Position numbers and translations under genes: made by a program
Notes under the pieces: generated by a model
Databases searched by the model: none
The model's input: the letters and a program-made list of their open reading frames with translations, nothing else
Told to the model about the DNA's origin: nothing
Part shown: positions 24,929 to 35,426 of the stretch, one piece after another
How positions within the stretch are numbered: position 1 is the stretch's first letter
Layout: each line of letters starts with the position of its first letter
Source of the DNA: Candidatus Saccharimonadales bacterium
GTDB lineage: Bacteria > Patescibacteriota > Saccharimonadia > Saccharimonadales > UBA10212
Direction: 5' to 3'
DNA length: 64,000 nt
Assembly: GCA_035480715.1 (NCBI GenBank)
Contig: DATIHL010000007.1
Location: 5,828-69,827 of the forward strand

Positions 24929-26013
24929 AGCGCTTTACGGTAAACATCCAATGTCTGCTCGGCCAGGCGTTGCCATGAATATTTAGAAGCCTGGACTCTA
25001 CTGGCTCTAATCAATTCTGAGCGCAGCTTGGCATTCTCCAGAAGACCTTTAATTTTATTGGCTATATCCAGAACGTCTAAAGGCTTAAAATAATGGGCTG
25101 CATCACCGTAGATTTCCGGTAGGCACGTGGCGTTTGAACTTAAAACCGGAGCGCCGTGCACCATAGCTTCCAAGCCTGGCAGGCCGAAACCCTCGCTCAA
25201 AGATGGGAAAGCATAAGCAGCGCAGCGCTCATACAGCCATTTAAGCTGGGCGTCCGAGACAAATCCAACCAAACTTAGTCCCTGTATGTGTTCTTTCTCG
25301 GCCCAAGCTTCCAGTCGCTCATAAAGCACATCTTTTTTACCAGCTAAAACCAGTCTAAGTTCAGGATGCTTTTGGCGTGCTATAGAATAAGCCTCTACCA
25401 GCCGCTGCAGGTTTTTGTGCGGCTGCGGCCGTCCAACGTATAGCAAAAATTTTTGGCCGGTCAATCCTGTTACCGCGATTGGTAGATCGACTATTTTATC
25501 GGCTGCTTCATAAGTTACAGTAATTTTACTCGGCTTTATTTTTGCATATTGTGCGACATCGTTTTTTACGTACTTACTTGGCGTTATGACGTGGATCGAT
25601 TTATGAGCTACTATCCTAATAACCAATTTGTAAACTGCCTGCTTTAGGCCAAAAACCAGCTGGTTTTTGGCGGGATTACGGAAACGGGCCGTAGTTAGAT
25701 CGTGTATGGTGGTAACGGCTTTGCCGTGGTACAAAACCGGCTGCTGCGTGTGAGCAAAGTGCACCAAGTCGGCATTGAGAACCCGAAGCTGTTTTAAAAG
25801 CCCGATTTGTTCAGCAAATGTAAATTCTTTGAAATTAGACTCGATGACTTCAAAATCCGGCGCGATGGCCTTCATGAAATCGAGCCTATGCGGTTTTGTT
25901 AGGATTATAAAATCCAAATCTGGCTTGAGCTTCTGCAGGTTCTCTACCAGCTTATCGACATAACGCCCAGTACTGGTCCCCGACTCTCTGGCATCAATTA
26001 CAATCAGCGGCAT
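24919..26013 (-). CDS. glycosyltransferase family 4 (GT-B, retaining)
   Basis: 364 aa with the C-terminal EX7E-type motif FPSLSEGFGLPGLEAMVHGAPVLSS. Confidence 0.85.
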   Translation of the reverse strand: MPLIVIDARESGTSTGRYVDKLVENLQKLKPDLDFIILTKPHRLDFMKAIAPDFEVIESNFKEFTFAEQIGLLKQLRVLNADLVHFAHTQQPVLYHGKAVTTIHDLTTARFRNPAKNQLVFGLKQAVYKLVIRIVAHKSIHVITPSKYVKNDVAQYAKIKPSKITVTYEAADKIVDLPIAVTGLTGQKFLLYVGRPQPHKNLQRLVEAYSIARQKHPELRLVLAGKKDVLYERLEAWAEKEHIQGLSLVGFVSDAQLKWLYERCAAYAFPSLSEGFGLPGLEAMVHGAPVLSSNATCLPEIYGDAAHYFKPLDVLDIANKIKGLLENAKLRSELIRASRVQASKYSWQRLAEQTLDVYRKALNT

Positions 26014-26044
26014 TATCTTTACTATATCGCATTAGGCTTTAGAA

Positions 26045-27427
26045 TTATCTCGCCAAGCCATCAGAACTGTTTTTTAGCGTTTTTTGTCGGGGGTACAATC
26101 CGGCTAAAGCTATCCCAATAACCACCCACAGCCTGGCCAGCAGTATTGAATGGAAGAAATTACCCTGGATTAGCATGGCAATTGCGGCTAGAGCAAATGG
26201 GGCTGCTGGATGTTTCCAATGTAGTTTGGATAAGCGTATGATTGCCGTCACGAGCGCAATAACTAAAGGCGCAAATAATATTAAGCCAACCAGGCCAAGG
26301 TCAACCAACAAACCAAGTAGGTCGTTATTAAAAGGCTGAAGCTGGGTGTCCGGTACGCCTTTGTTATATTGGTCGAGATTTAACTTCACGCGGCTATTAT
26401 AAGCCCCCACTCCCTGCAGCGGGCGTTGTTTGATATAAGTTATGGCCTTTGGCCAAGTGTTATAGCGCGTCTGGGCCGACTGGTCAGCAACGTCAATTGC
26501 ATGTCCGCCAAAAATCGCTACATTACCTTTTACTCCCGAATCGGCACCGTTGATCGCGTGCTTATGGATAAATCTTGAGGCTATCCCGCTGGCAATCACA
26601 AATGCAATTGCGATTAAAACTACCCCCCCGGCGACTTTTGCAAAGTACGGCAATGCACTGCGCATCAGCTCCCTTTTACCCAGCCCAAAAACAAACAATA
26701 TGGCAGTAACCAATAATGCAAGCAAAGCGCTCCTAGCCAAGGACAGAATAAACAGTGAGCTTGTGGCGGCGAATAGAGTAATTAGGAACTTATTTTTCCG
26801 CGCAGATTTATCAAATACAAAATCGTGGATCATCAGCCAGATTGGGATCAGCAAAAAGTTAGCGAAATAAAGCGGTTCTATAGATACCGAATGGACTCTC
26901 GGGAATATATAGGTTGAGTTGGAAGTACAGCAGCCGCGTAGATCCGTGATTTTAGTTGAGGCGCCAAAAATATCAAATACGAACTGGAAAAAACCAAAGG
27001 CTATAACTAGGGCGGTGACTATGTAGATGGTTTTTTTTATAATCTTCCATAATGAATGGTTCTCGTGCAGTAGAATAAAAAAACAAATTGCTTTCAACAC
27101 CACCACTAACAGTAGCTTAGTCGCGCCAACAGCCAGCTTCCTGTCTATCGCATAGTGAATGCTTTGGGCATAGGCTAGGGTCGGCAGCAATATCAGAGCC
27201 GAAATGGCAGTTACCTTTTTAAAATCTGCCCAGCGCTTATCATAAATAATTTTTATGTACCGTCTGGCTGCTGCAATTAGCAGCAAGGCAAAAGAGATTG
27301 CGCCTAGCTTCAGTGGTATATAGTGTAAATAGGGAAATCGATCTATTGGCATAATACAAAGGCTTAGAATTACGCCCGTTAACTCGATGTATTTAAATGC
27401 CTGTCTTAAGCCCTCATTTTTCAGCAC
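26045..27427 (-). CDS. O-antigen ligase/polymerase-like (Wzy_C-type) polytopic membrane protein
   Basis: 460 aa with about 11-12 TM helices and one larger extracytoplasmic loop. It sits in a glycan locus. The call rests on topology and context. Confidence 0.6.
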   Translation of the reverse strand: MLKNEGLRQAFKYIELTGVILSLCIMPIDRFPYLHYIPLKLGAISFALLLIAAARRYIKIIYDKRWADFKKVTAISALILLPTLAYAQSIHYAIDRKLAVGATKLLLVVVLKAICFFILLHENHSLWKIIKKTIYIVTALVIAFGFFQFVFDIFGASTKITDLRGCCTSNSTYIFPRVHSVSIEPLYFANFLLIPIWLMIHDFVFDKSARKNKFLITLFAATSSLFILSLARSALLALLVTAILFVFGLGKRELMRSALPYFAKVAGGVVLIAIAFVIASGIASRFIHKHAINGADSGVKGNVAIFGGHAIDVADQSAQTRYNTWPKAITYIKQRPLQGVGAYNSRVKLNLDQYNKGVPDTQLQPFNNDLLGLLVDLGLVGLILFAPLVIALVTAIIRLSKLHWKHPAAPFALAAIAMLIQGNFFHSILLARLWVVIGIALAGLYPRQKTLKNSSDGLAR

Positions 27428-27511
27428 AGTCCTATCTTATCATGGTCCCACTGCCAAGCTGCCGGCCCCAATAACCTTAGTACGGTATAATATAACCTTG
27501 GTTAGTAATTT

Positions 27512-28543
27512 ATGGCGAGCCGAAAAAGAGCACTCATTACTGGTATAACTGGGCAGGACGGTAGCTATTTGGCTGAGCTACTGCTGGATAAAAACTATGA
27601 AGTTTATGGGGTTATCCGCCGGGCCAGCACATTTAATACGCATCGGATTGACCATATTTACCAAGACCCACATGAGCGCGGCGCCCGCCTGCACTTGGTG
27701 TACGGCGACTTATCGGATGCCGGCTTTGTTTATGGTGCCCTGTCATCAATCCAGCCCGATGAAATCTATAACTTAGCGGCCCAAAGTCATGTGCGTGTAT
27801 CGGTGGACATACCGGAATACACCGGTGACATAGATGCCCTCGGTGCTGTTCGAATTTTGGAAGCTATGCATCGCCTAGGTCTTAAAAACTCTCGCTTTTA
27901 CCAAGCCTCCTCGAGTGAAATGTTCGGCAAAGTGCAGGAGACTCCACAAAAAGAAACCACACCGTTTTATCCACGCTCACAATACGCCGTCGCTAAGGTC
28001 TATGGACACTGGATAACTGTTAATTATCGCGAGAGTTACGGCATGTTTGCCTGCTCCGGCATTCTATTCAATCACGAAAGCCCGCGCCGGGGCGAAACTT
28101 TTGTCACGCGCAAGATCACGCGCGCGGTGGCGTACATCAAAGCTGGCTTGCAGGACAAATTGTATCTGGGCAATTTGGATGCCAAGCGCGATTGGGGCTA
28201 TGCTAAAGAGTACGTTGAGGCAATGTGGTTGATGCTGCAACAAGATAAGCCGGACGATTATATCGTCGCCACTGGCGAAACTCATGCAGTACGTGAATTT
28301 TTGGAAGAAGCCTTTAGATACGCCGGTCTGGACTATAAAAAGTATGTCGAATTTGACAAAAGGTATACCAGGCCAGCAGAAGTCGACCTTCTGATAGGGG
28401 ACGCATCTAAAGCCAAAAAAAAGCTAGGCTGGCAACCCAAGACCAAATTTAAAGAGTTGGTTAAAATTATGGTCGATGCCGATATGGAAGACTTGGACAA
28501 AAGGCTCAAAGGTAAAGTCCAGGCAACCCGCGAAGTTATCTAG
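27512..28543 (+). CDS. gmd: GDP-mannose 4,6-dehydratase
   Basis: 343 aa. [40 protein letters not shown] and ..SSSEMFG..YAVAKVY are hallmark Gmd strings. Confidence 0.95.
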   Translation: MASRKRALITGITGQDGSYLAELLLDKNYEVYGVIRRASTFNTHRIDHIYQDPHERGARLHLVYGDLSDAGFVYGALSSIQPDEIYNLAAQSHVRVSVDIPEYTGDIDALGAVRILEAMHRLGLKNSRFYQASSSEMFGKVQETPQKETTPFYPRSQYAVAKVYGHWITVNYRESYGMFACSGILFNHESPRRGETFVTRKITRAVAYIKAGLQDKLYLGNLDAKRDWGYAKEYVEAMWLMLQQDKPDDYIVATGETHAVREFLEEAFRYAGLDYKKYVEFDKRYTRPAEVDLLIGDASKAKKKLGWQPKTKFKELVKIMVDADMEDLDKRLKGKVQATREVI

Positions 28544-29690
28544 AATTACTTAACGAGTCAAGTAGCTTTATCAATTTTTGGGCCGAAGCTTCCCAAGTAT
28601 ATTTCTTGGACTGGGAGAGTCCTGCCCTACTAAGATTGCTAGCTAATGTAGTGTCTGATAAAACTTGGTTGATGGCCGCCGTCAATGCTCGTGTATCCTC
28701 GGGCCTTATCTTAATGGCTGCATCACCGACAACTTCTGGCAACGAGCTGGAGTTGCTGGTAATAACCGGTACTCCGCACGCCATTGCCTCTAGTGGTGGT
28801 ACGCCAAAGCCCTCATAAAAAGAGGGCCAGATAAATACACTGGCGCCACTTAGCAGTGGAGCGAGTTCTTCATTCTCGATATAGCCAAGTAGTAATATCT
28901 TGTTGCCGGCTTTCTGCAGTTGTCCGATTTTACGGTAAATTCCTTCATCATTCCATCCTTTGCCACCACTTAAAACTAGTGCGTACCTAGTCTTCAACCC
29001 AGTATCTAGCTGCGCGTAGGCGTCTAAAATACCTTCAATATTTTTCCGAGGCTCGATAGTGCCGTGAAAATGAATATAGTTTTCCGGCAGGCTATATTTT
29101 TGACGGACTTTCCCTATGTCTATAGCTGGACGAGGGTAAAACCGCTCATGGTCAACGCCATTAGGGATGACTGTTATTCTGTCTGGAGGCAGCTTATAAA
29201 ATTCAGCTATCTCCTTTTTAGAATTTTCCGAAACCGTAATTATATGCGCCGCTCTTTTAATTGAACGCCTCAATAGCTTTGGGGTATATTTTAAATTTTT
29301 AGCCTGGGTAAACTGCGGGAATTTTATAAAGGATATGTCGTGCACTACAATTATTGATTTGGTGTTTTTGCGCAGTGGAAAAGCAATAAAATTAAAGAAC
29401 AAAAAAGCATCGTATTTTCTTAGTGCCACGAGGTCATAAGGAATAAACCAGTTTAAGCGTTTGAACACTTGGTAATAAATGATTGGCGGGAACCACTTAA
29501 CCAGTCTATAACTAAGACGGCTACTAGGCTTTAGGGGAGGTTTAAATTTTTTGAACACTAACCAATGGCGGACAATTTCAAAATTGATGTCGGAATCTTT
29601 TTTTGTCGCTGCTTCGATTAATCGCTTTGCATAGTAACCCACACCACTACTGCGCTTAAAAAATAAGCTGCCCTCTATGCCGACTTTCAT
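28536..29690 (-). CDS. glycosyltransferase family 4
   Basis: The motif [25 protein letters not shown] is present. The start is taken at MKVGIEG (ATG 29690), which overlaps the upstream stop as ATGA and is preceded by AGGAACAAAA. Confidence 0.85.
   Translation of the reverse strand: MKVGIEGSLFFKRSSGVGYYAKRLIEAATKKDSDINFEIVRHWLVFKKFKPPLKPSSRLSYRLVKWFPPIIYYQVFKRLNWFIPYDLVALRKYDAFLFFNFIAFPLRKNTKSIIVVHDISFIKFPQFTQAKNLKYTPKLLRRSIKRAAHIITVSENSKKEIAEFYKLPPDRITVIPNGVDHERFYPRPAIDIGKVRQKYSLPENYIHFHGTIEPRKNIEGILDAYAQLDTGLKTRYALVLSGGKGWNDEGIYRKIGQLQKAGNKILLLGYIENEELAPLLSGASVFIWPSFYEGFGVPPLEAMACGVPVITSNSSSLPEVVGDAAIKIRPEDTRALTAAINQVLSDTTLASNLSRAGLSQSKKYTWEASAQKLIKLLDSLSNSR
28547..28564. repeat. degenerate member of the TACTTAAC/GTTAAGTA palindrome family
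   Basis: TACTTAAC-GA-GTCAAGTA has one arm mismatch. It lies in and just after the convergent overlap of gmd with the GT4 gene. Confidence 0.4.
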
Positions 29691-30769
29691 TTTTGTTCCT
29701 TCAGGCAATCATTATATATTTGCGCCGTTTTTTCTATCATAGTTTTAAGGCCGAAGCTAGCCTTCACGTGCTTACGCGCAGCGGCCTGAATATCTTGGTA
29801 CATTTTAGGGTTAGATACTATTTTATTAATTTGTTCTAAGAAATTGTTTTGGCTAGAATTACCAACCAAAATTCCCACAGAAGGATTATTAATAATTTCA
29901 GGTAACCCTCCGACATTCGTAGCTATAACCGGTACTCCGCACGCCATTGCCTCTAGGGCTACTAGTGGTATGCCTTCTGAAGTAGAAGTTAAGCAAAGCA
30001 AGCTGGCTTCGGTATAGACTAGATTAATTTTATCTGGCGGGCAGAACCCGTAAAGCTCTAAATTATCGATTCTGCGAGCCTTAATATATAAGCGGATGCT
30101 TGGTAAGAAACTGCCATCACCAACTATACGGAATTTATAATCTAGGCCTTGAGCCTTAGCAGCTTCAGCAATTTTTACAAATAACAACGGGTTTTTATCA
30201 GCCTCTTCTACGCGGCCAATCCAGGTTATATATTCCCCAGGTTCTGAGTTGGGCTCATAGCTTTCAACATCGATTCCATTATGGACAACAGCGCACTTAT
30301 CCTCATCTACGCCGCGCTTTAGTAAGTCCTTTTTAGTCTGTTCGCTAACGCAGATAACTTTTGATATTTTTGCAAAATTTTGGCGCACGGCTGCGTTGAA
30401 CTCCTCTGGGATTAAGAATCTTGTCAGCAAAGTAAGAGTTACATTGGGATGATTGATCGCCTCTATTAAAGCGCCATCAAAATCTTGCAGGCTTATCAGA
30501 TCATAGTTTTTAGCCTGAAATATAAATTTAAAGTACAGGCGGTAATAGATTTTGCGCAGCCGGTAATTACGCGGCAATCTCGCAAGTAATTTCGGAAACA
30601 GTATAAACCTATGTTTACTAATTACGCCCGCCAGTATACTAAGCGATCGTTTTTTAGCCAGCACAACCAAATCGAATTTAGCCTGCAACCCTGGCAATAA
30701 GCTGCTTAAGTAAACTTCTCCACCACCGATTGAACGGGCCTGGGTAATAAATAATATTTTAGGTTTCAT
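29687..30769 (-). CDS. glycosyltransferase family 4
   Basis: The motif [31 protein letters not shown] is present. The start is taken at MKPKILFIT (ATG 30769), preceded by AGGAACAAAAA. Confidence 0.85.
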   Translation of the reverse strand: MKPKILFITQARSIGGGEVYLSSLLPGLQAKFDLVVLAKKRSLSILAGVISKHRFILFPKLLARLPRNYRLRKIYYRLYFKFIFQAKNYDLISLQDFDGALIEAINHPNVTLTLLTRFLIPEEFNAAVRQNFAKISKVICVSEQTKKDLLKRGVDEDKCAVVHNGIDVESYEPNSEPGEYITWIGRVEEADKNPLLFVKIAEAAKAQGLDYKFRIVGDGSFLPSIRLYIKARRIDNLELYGFCPPDKINLVYTEASLLCLTSTSEGIPLVALEAMACGVPVIATNVGGLPEIINNPSVGILVGNSSQNNFLEQINKIVSNPKMYQDIQAAARKHVKASFGLKTMIEKTAQIYNDCLKEQK

Positions 30770-32600
30770 TTTTTGTTCCTGTTGCAAGAATGATGGCGAT
30801 AGTCATGAAGAGGGAAGAAAATAGCCGTAGGTGTTTAACAGAAGTCTTTAAAAGCATAACAGCTATTTGTTTGCGTTCTGAATCGGACTGAATTGCCCGT
30901 CGGACATTCAAAGGGGTTCTAATTATTCGAATGGGCTTGGAAGCAAGTTCTCTCTGCAATTTGGTTGATTGGAAGTTTTGCATGTCTAAATTAGCCGACG
31001 ATATACTCTCGTCGTGTACGCGAAATTCGTAGAGCTGCTTTTCGATATTAGCCACTGGCCCGCGCTGGGCTAGCCGTCCCCATAAGTCAAAATCTTCAAC
31101 CGGATAATACGCCTGGCGATAATCACCAGCTTCGTCGATGGCACGTTTGCGAATCATTACAGAACCATGTGCGAATGGGCTATAGGTAAATAAGCTCATC
31201 CGAATTTCAGCATCGCTGGTAGGATAGTTCCTTTGGCCAATTTTCTTATCTTTGCTATTGATTTCTGCTACATTCGTGCCTACCAAAACTAATTCATGGG
31301 TTCTATTGAGTAACACTAACTGTTCCTCAAAGCGATTAGGCAAAGAAATATCATCTGCGTCCTGGCGGGCAATAAACTCACCGCGTGCCAGGCCAATTCC
31401 GATATTAAGCGAAGCCACCAAGCCTTTGTTTTTTTGCTTGATCTTAACAACTCGGGAGTCATTATATGAGTCAATTATTTTTTGCGTTTTATCCGTTGAA
31501 CCATCATTAATGATAATAATTTCAAAGTCTTTAAAGGTTTGATTTAGGACACTGTCCATGGCTTTTGCCAGGTATTTTTCTCCGTTATAAACGCTCATAA
31601 CAACTGATACCAGTGGTGGTTTTGGCAGGTTAAAGTCATTGGCTACTATGGCGTCTAATTCACGCGACCGATAACTGGGCGAAACTCGCCGGCGAATTAC
31701 TCGCAGCCATTCATTACCCAGCAAGATCCGCATATAAACAAACCAAACGTGATAATTTAGCGTAAAAAAAGTAAGTGGGTTATACAAAAAAGATCGCAAA
31801 AACATCCGCCGAGCTGCTGGCCGATCGCCGCCATTAAAGTACAAGAAGCAGGCTTCCTTTAGGCAAGTTTTACCAAGGCGCGCCCGGTCAAGTGCCCCAA
31901 GCTTAAATTCCCGGACCATTGATGGCAGCATGTATTCTAATCCCTTGGCCATTTTGATGTAGTTGCGCTGCATACCCGTATCAAGCACTCGAAGGCTGGC
32001 TAGAAACTCGGGTACATAGTCTATTTCATAGTTCTTGGCAATCCTCAGCCACATTTCCCAGTCCTCGCCGATCAAAAAATCTTCGTGGAAAACACCGATT
32101 GAACCAAAAACCTCGCGCTTGACCATTACCATACTGCCACTACCGGAAATCCGGTTGTTATGTAATAAGTAGCGGAATAAATTTCCACGCTTTTGGAAGG
32201 TCACCTCGCTGATGACATTATTGTTATCGTCAATTAATTTGCACAAACCATATACCATGCCAACTCTGGGGTTCTTATCAAAAACAGCCAGCTGTTTCTC
32301 CAGCTTATCCGGATGCCAAATATCATCTGAGTCTAAAAACGTAATAAACGGTGAGTTGGAAACCTTAATGCCATGATTACGAGCAGTAGCCTGGCCGCCG
32401 TTTTGTTTGTGAACATAATGTACACGCTTATCTTTTAGGCTTTGGACATATTTTTTTGTAGCGCTCCTATCGGTTGAACCGTCATCAATTACATACAGCA
32501 CTAGATCGCTGTGAGTTTGGGCTAATACGCTCTCAATAGCATCATTTAAATATGGTAGCCCATTATAGGTAGGGATAATTACATCAACAGTTGACCTCAT
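30759..32600 (-). CDS. tandem double GT2 glycosyltransferase
   Basis: 613 aa with two GT-A openings: VDVIIPTYNG..VIDDGSTD and VSVVMSVYNG..IIINDGSTD. Each has a downstream DxD region (FLDSDD; RQDADD). Confidence 0.85.
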   Translation of the reverse strand: MRSTVDVIIPTYNGLPYLNDAIESVLAQTHSDLVLYVIDDGSTDRSATKKYVQSLKDKRVHYVHKQNGGQATARNHGIKVSNSPFITFLDSDDIWHPDKLEKQLAVFDKNPRVGMVYGLCKLIDDNNNVISEVTFQKRGNLFRYLLHNNRISGSGSMVMVKREVFGSIGVFHEDFLIGEDWEMWLRIAKNYEIDYVPEFLASLRVLDTGMQRNYIKMAKGLEYMLPSMVREFKLGALDRARLGKTCLKEACFLYFNGGDRPAARRMFLRSFLYNPLTFFTLNYHVWFVYMRILLGNEWLRVIRRRVSPSYRSRELDAIVANDFNLPKPPLVSVVMSVYNGEKYLAKAMDSVLNQTFKDFEIIIINDGSTDKTQKIIDSYNDSRVVKIKQKNKGLVASLNIGIGLARGEFIARQDADDISLPNRFEEQLVLLNRTHELVLVGTNVAEINSKDKKIGQRNYPTSDAEIRMSLFTYSPFAHGSVMIRKRAIDEAGDYRQAYYPVEDFDLWGRLAQRGPVANIEKQLYEFRVHDESISSANLDMQNFQSTKLQRELASKPIRIIRTPLNVRRAIQSDSERKQIAVMLLKTSVKHLRLFSSLFMTIAIILATGTKNET

Positions 32601-33565
32601 AAGAAATCAAATCTCCAGCGGTGGACCCAGGGCTTATAGATTGCGAGTAACAAGTATTTATAATTACGTTTCAGAGCTGGCTGGCAGATGATAGCCAGTG
32701 CCATAAAGTATAAAGATAATAATGGTTTATCTTTCAAGCGGGCTAAATAAGCAAAATCACGGTACATGGTTGACTTGCGTTGCCAATAATTTTTGCCACT
32801 TGGATGAATACCAAAAATCTTATACTCATGCCTATGCGACAAGAAATAGTCGAAAGCCTTATCACGGACTTTAAAAGTTAAATCAACTTGAGTGTCTAGG
32901 GCTGAATGGCTAACGCTATCGGGCAATTTGCGCCATTTATAAAGTGGTTCCTCTATGTTTGCCACTTCACTTATGCGGCTGAGTCTAACCCAGAGTTCAT
33001 AATCTTCAACATGGCCGACTTTGGAATCATAGCCTTTGATCCCACCGACCTTATCAAACGCACTGCGTCGCAGCATAACTGAGCCGTGACCATATTGATT
33101 ACACAAAACCAAGCACATTTTTAGATCATCAGGATGAGTAAAAACGTTTGTAACTGTGCCAGTTGATTTACCGGCTTCGTCAATATGCATATAGTTACTA
33201 CCAACTAGGCCTATACTTGGATGAGATTCTAGATATTCAACTTCTTTTTGCAGTCTGGTTAACTCAGAAATATCATCAGCATCCTGGCGGGCAATAAATT
33301 CTCCTTTAGCGACCTTTAGGCCTTCATTTAGAGAATAAGTTAAACCCTTGTTAGCACGGCTGATCAATTTTATGCGCGGGTCTTTATAGTTTTTAATAAT
33401 TTTTTCGCTGCCGTCTTTAGAGCCGTCATTGATGATAACGAATTCAAAATCCTTATAGGTTTGATTTAGGATACTTTCGATCGACGGCAGCAGATAGTCT
33501 TCGGCGTTATAAACGCTCATAATTACACTGACCTTCGAAGTTCCAGCGCTCATAGTTTTATCCAT
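32597..33565 (-). CDS. glycosyltransferase family 2
   Basis: 322 aa with VSVIMSVYNAEDYL..VIINDGSKD..RQDADD. It is a close paralogue of the second domain of the preceding gene. Confidence 0.85.
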   Translation of the reverse strand: MDKTMSAGTSKVSVIMSVYNAEDYLLPSIESILNQTYKDFEFVIINDGSKDGSEKIIKNYKDPRIKLISRANKGLTYSLNEGLKVAKGEFIARQDADDISELTRLQKEVEYLESHPSIGLVGSNYMHIDEAGKSTGTVTNVFTHPDDLKMCLVLCNQYGHGSVMLRRSAFDKVGGIKGYDSKVGHVEDYELWVRLSRISEVANIEEPLYKWRKLPDSVSHSALDTQVDLTFKVRDKAFDYFLSHRHEYKIFGIHPSGKNYWQRKSTMYRDFAYLARLKDKPLLSLYFMALAIICQPALKRNYKYLLLAIYKPWVHRWRFDFL

Positions 33566-34425
33566 CCTTTCGGGACAATATGCTGGCTGTTCATTTTTGG
33601 ATCGTTAAACCAACGTTCGGGGGCAATTACTAGCTTGTCTCTGGATGGGTTGAGCCAGGCCCCCCACCAGCTGAAAGAACTATTGGCAATAATATGATGC
33701 CGGCATAAGCTCATCAGGCGCATGTCGTCAGCGCCCCTTTTATTATGGTCGACGTAAACAGTCGGTGCATTAATTTTTAAATTCTGCTTACACCACCTTG
33801 GATCATCAGAAAATACAAAAAACTCTGTACTTCTAACCTTAGTTTGGATATTTTTTATAGCTGCCTTGTAATAGTCAAGAGAAGCTAGGCCATGCATTTT
33901 ATTGATTTCTTCATTCGAAGCCATATCACCACGGCGCACATGCAATGAAACTGCATTAACCTTACTAATCTGCTGAGCGAGTTCCAAATTTTTACCGTTC
34001 AAATGATTCTTGAACGTAAAGTCCTTTCTGATTGATTGTTCTGCATCTTTGAAATAGTCTTCGCTTTGCCAGAAGCCCTCAAGATATGAATCATTGGAAG
34101 CCTGTAAAACTTCTGGATAAAAATCGGCTGTCTCGGACTCTCGATATAAATGAACATGGTGTACCAATTTTCTATAAAGCTGGCGTTTCCAAGTGTGGGG
34201 CGGGACATTGATTCGTGCCAAATCAGCGCGAGTCGCAAAAAGCGGCTTGAGCGAAAAACAGTCGAGCTCGTACCATCTAACAGCCGGTGCATCTGGGCTT
34301 TGGTGTTTGCTATACCAATTTAAATCCAATTTGAGTTTAGTATTGTGGTGCACGGCCAATCTTTTCCCAGCGGCATACTCAAACATTTGATTACCCAACC
34401 CTCCCCAAAGCCGGACAATTATCAT
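33550..34425 (-). CDS. alpha-1,2-fucosyltransferase (GT11)
   Basis: 291 aa with the GT11 motifs GGLGNQMFEYA, HVRRGD and SSFSWWGAWL. Confidence 0.85.
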   Translation of the reverse strand: MIIVRLWGGLGNQMFEYAAGKRLAVHHNTKLKLDLNWYSKHQSPDAPAVRWYELDCFSLKPLFATRADLARINVPPHTWKRQLYRKLVHHVHLYRESETADFYPEVLQASNDSYLEGFWQSEDYFKDAEQSIRKDFTFKNHLNGKNLELAQQISKVNAVSLHVRRGDMASNEEINKMHGLASLDYYKAAIKNIQTKVRSTEFFVFSDDPRWCKQNLKINAPTVYVDHNKRGADDMRLMSLCRHHIIANSSFSWWGAWLNPSRDKLVIAPERWFNDPKMNSQHIVPKGWIKL

Positions 34426-35426
34426 TTTTGTTCCTCCTGGTGTTTTAGCCGACCAGTTTGTAAGAACCTTAGACCAGACTTTAGCTGCACCAACAAACTT
34501 TCTAGAGGATTGTTTGCCTTTCGCAGGACAAAAGAATTAAAGCCCGGGAATATAGTTTGCGAACCAACTGGCACTAAGTTGGCACGACTAAATTGCCAGT
34601 ACCAGTCAGCGCGATTACGGCAATTTATGTGAGTAGCATCAACAAACCAGTCTTCGCTGGTAGATATAAGCAACCTACCGTCTTTTTTCATGATTCTTCC
34701 AAGCTCTCTGATAAATTTATTGGTTGAATCGGGTGAGATGTGTTCCAGGACCTCCATACAAATAACCATGTCAAAAGACCCGTTTTGGTATTCGTTATCA
34801 ATAAAATCACAAATCGTGATAGCCGGCAGTAAGTAAGGATTGATATTACGGTCAACCGCTAAAAAATAAGATATGTCGGTTCCAAAAACATTTTTAACTC
34901 CTTCACGATTGAGCGCTTCCATAATATAACCATTCAAGCAACCCACATCCAGAATAGTAGAGGATTTACTTTTGAAACCTTTGGGTCTATGCGCCAGAAT
35001 CTGCGTTGCCGCTAAATGGGCGTTGGCCACCCAATTCAAATCTCCCCAGCGGTCTATATAAGCCTTGCCATATTCCTTGGGGGTCACACCAGCGGATTTT
35101 TGATAAAGGGTTGAGCTTAGTTCTTTGAAGCCGTTTTGTTGTAGCCTTCTGGCCAATTCTTTTTCGGGTTGATCTAGCCAGACACAGCCCGCGTCGTGGG
35201 AGATTAAATACAGAGTTTTAGCCAGGCCTTTAGGATCCTGTTTAGTCCGGCCGACAACAATCAGGTCCGCTCGAAGAAATGGTTGTCGGACTAGCTGTTT
35301 GTCTTCAGGGTTTATTTTATTGATATTTTCAGCCGATAAACCAGCAGGTTTTTGAGCATTAACCAAAAAAACTAAGCGAAGTTTTTTAGGTAGCAATTGA
35401 GCTTTAGATAAATTGATTTTGGTCAC
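34422..35426 (-). CDS. class I SAM-dependent methyltransferase with an N-terminal extension of unknown function
   Basis: 334 aa. Motif I is ILDVGCLNGYI and the post-II/III region is MVICMEVLEHI..KKDGRLLIST. Confidence 0.75.
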   Translation of the reverse strand: MTKINLSKAQLLPKKLRLVFLVNAQKPAGLSAENINKINPEDKQLVRQPFLRADLIVVGRTKQDPKGLAKTLYLISHDAGCVWLDQPEKELARRLQQNGFKELSSTLYQKSAGVTPKEYGKAYIDRWGDLNWVANAHLAATQILAHRPKGFKSKSSTILDVGCLNGYIMEALNREGVKNVFGTDISYFLAVDRNINPYLLPAITICDFIDNEYQNGSFDMVICMEVLEHISPDSTNKFIRELGRIMKKDGRLLISTSEDWFVDATHINCRNRADWYWQFSRANLVPVGSQTIFPGFNSFVLRKANNPLESLLVQLKSGLRFLQTGRLKHQEEQK

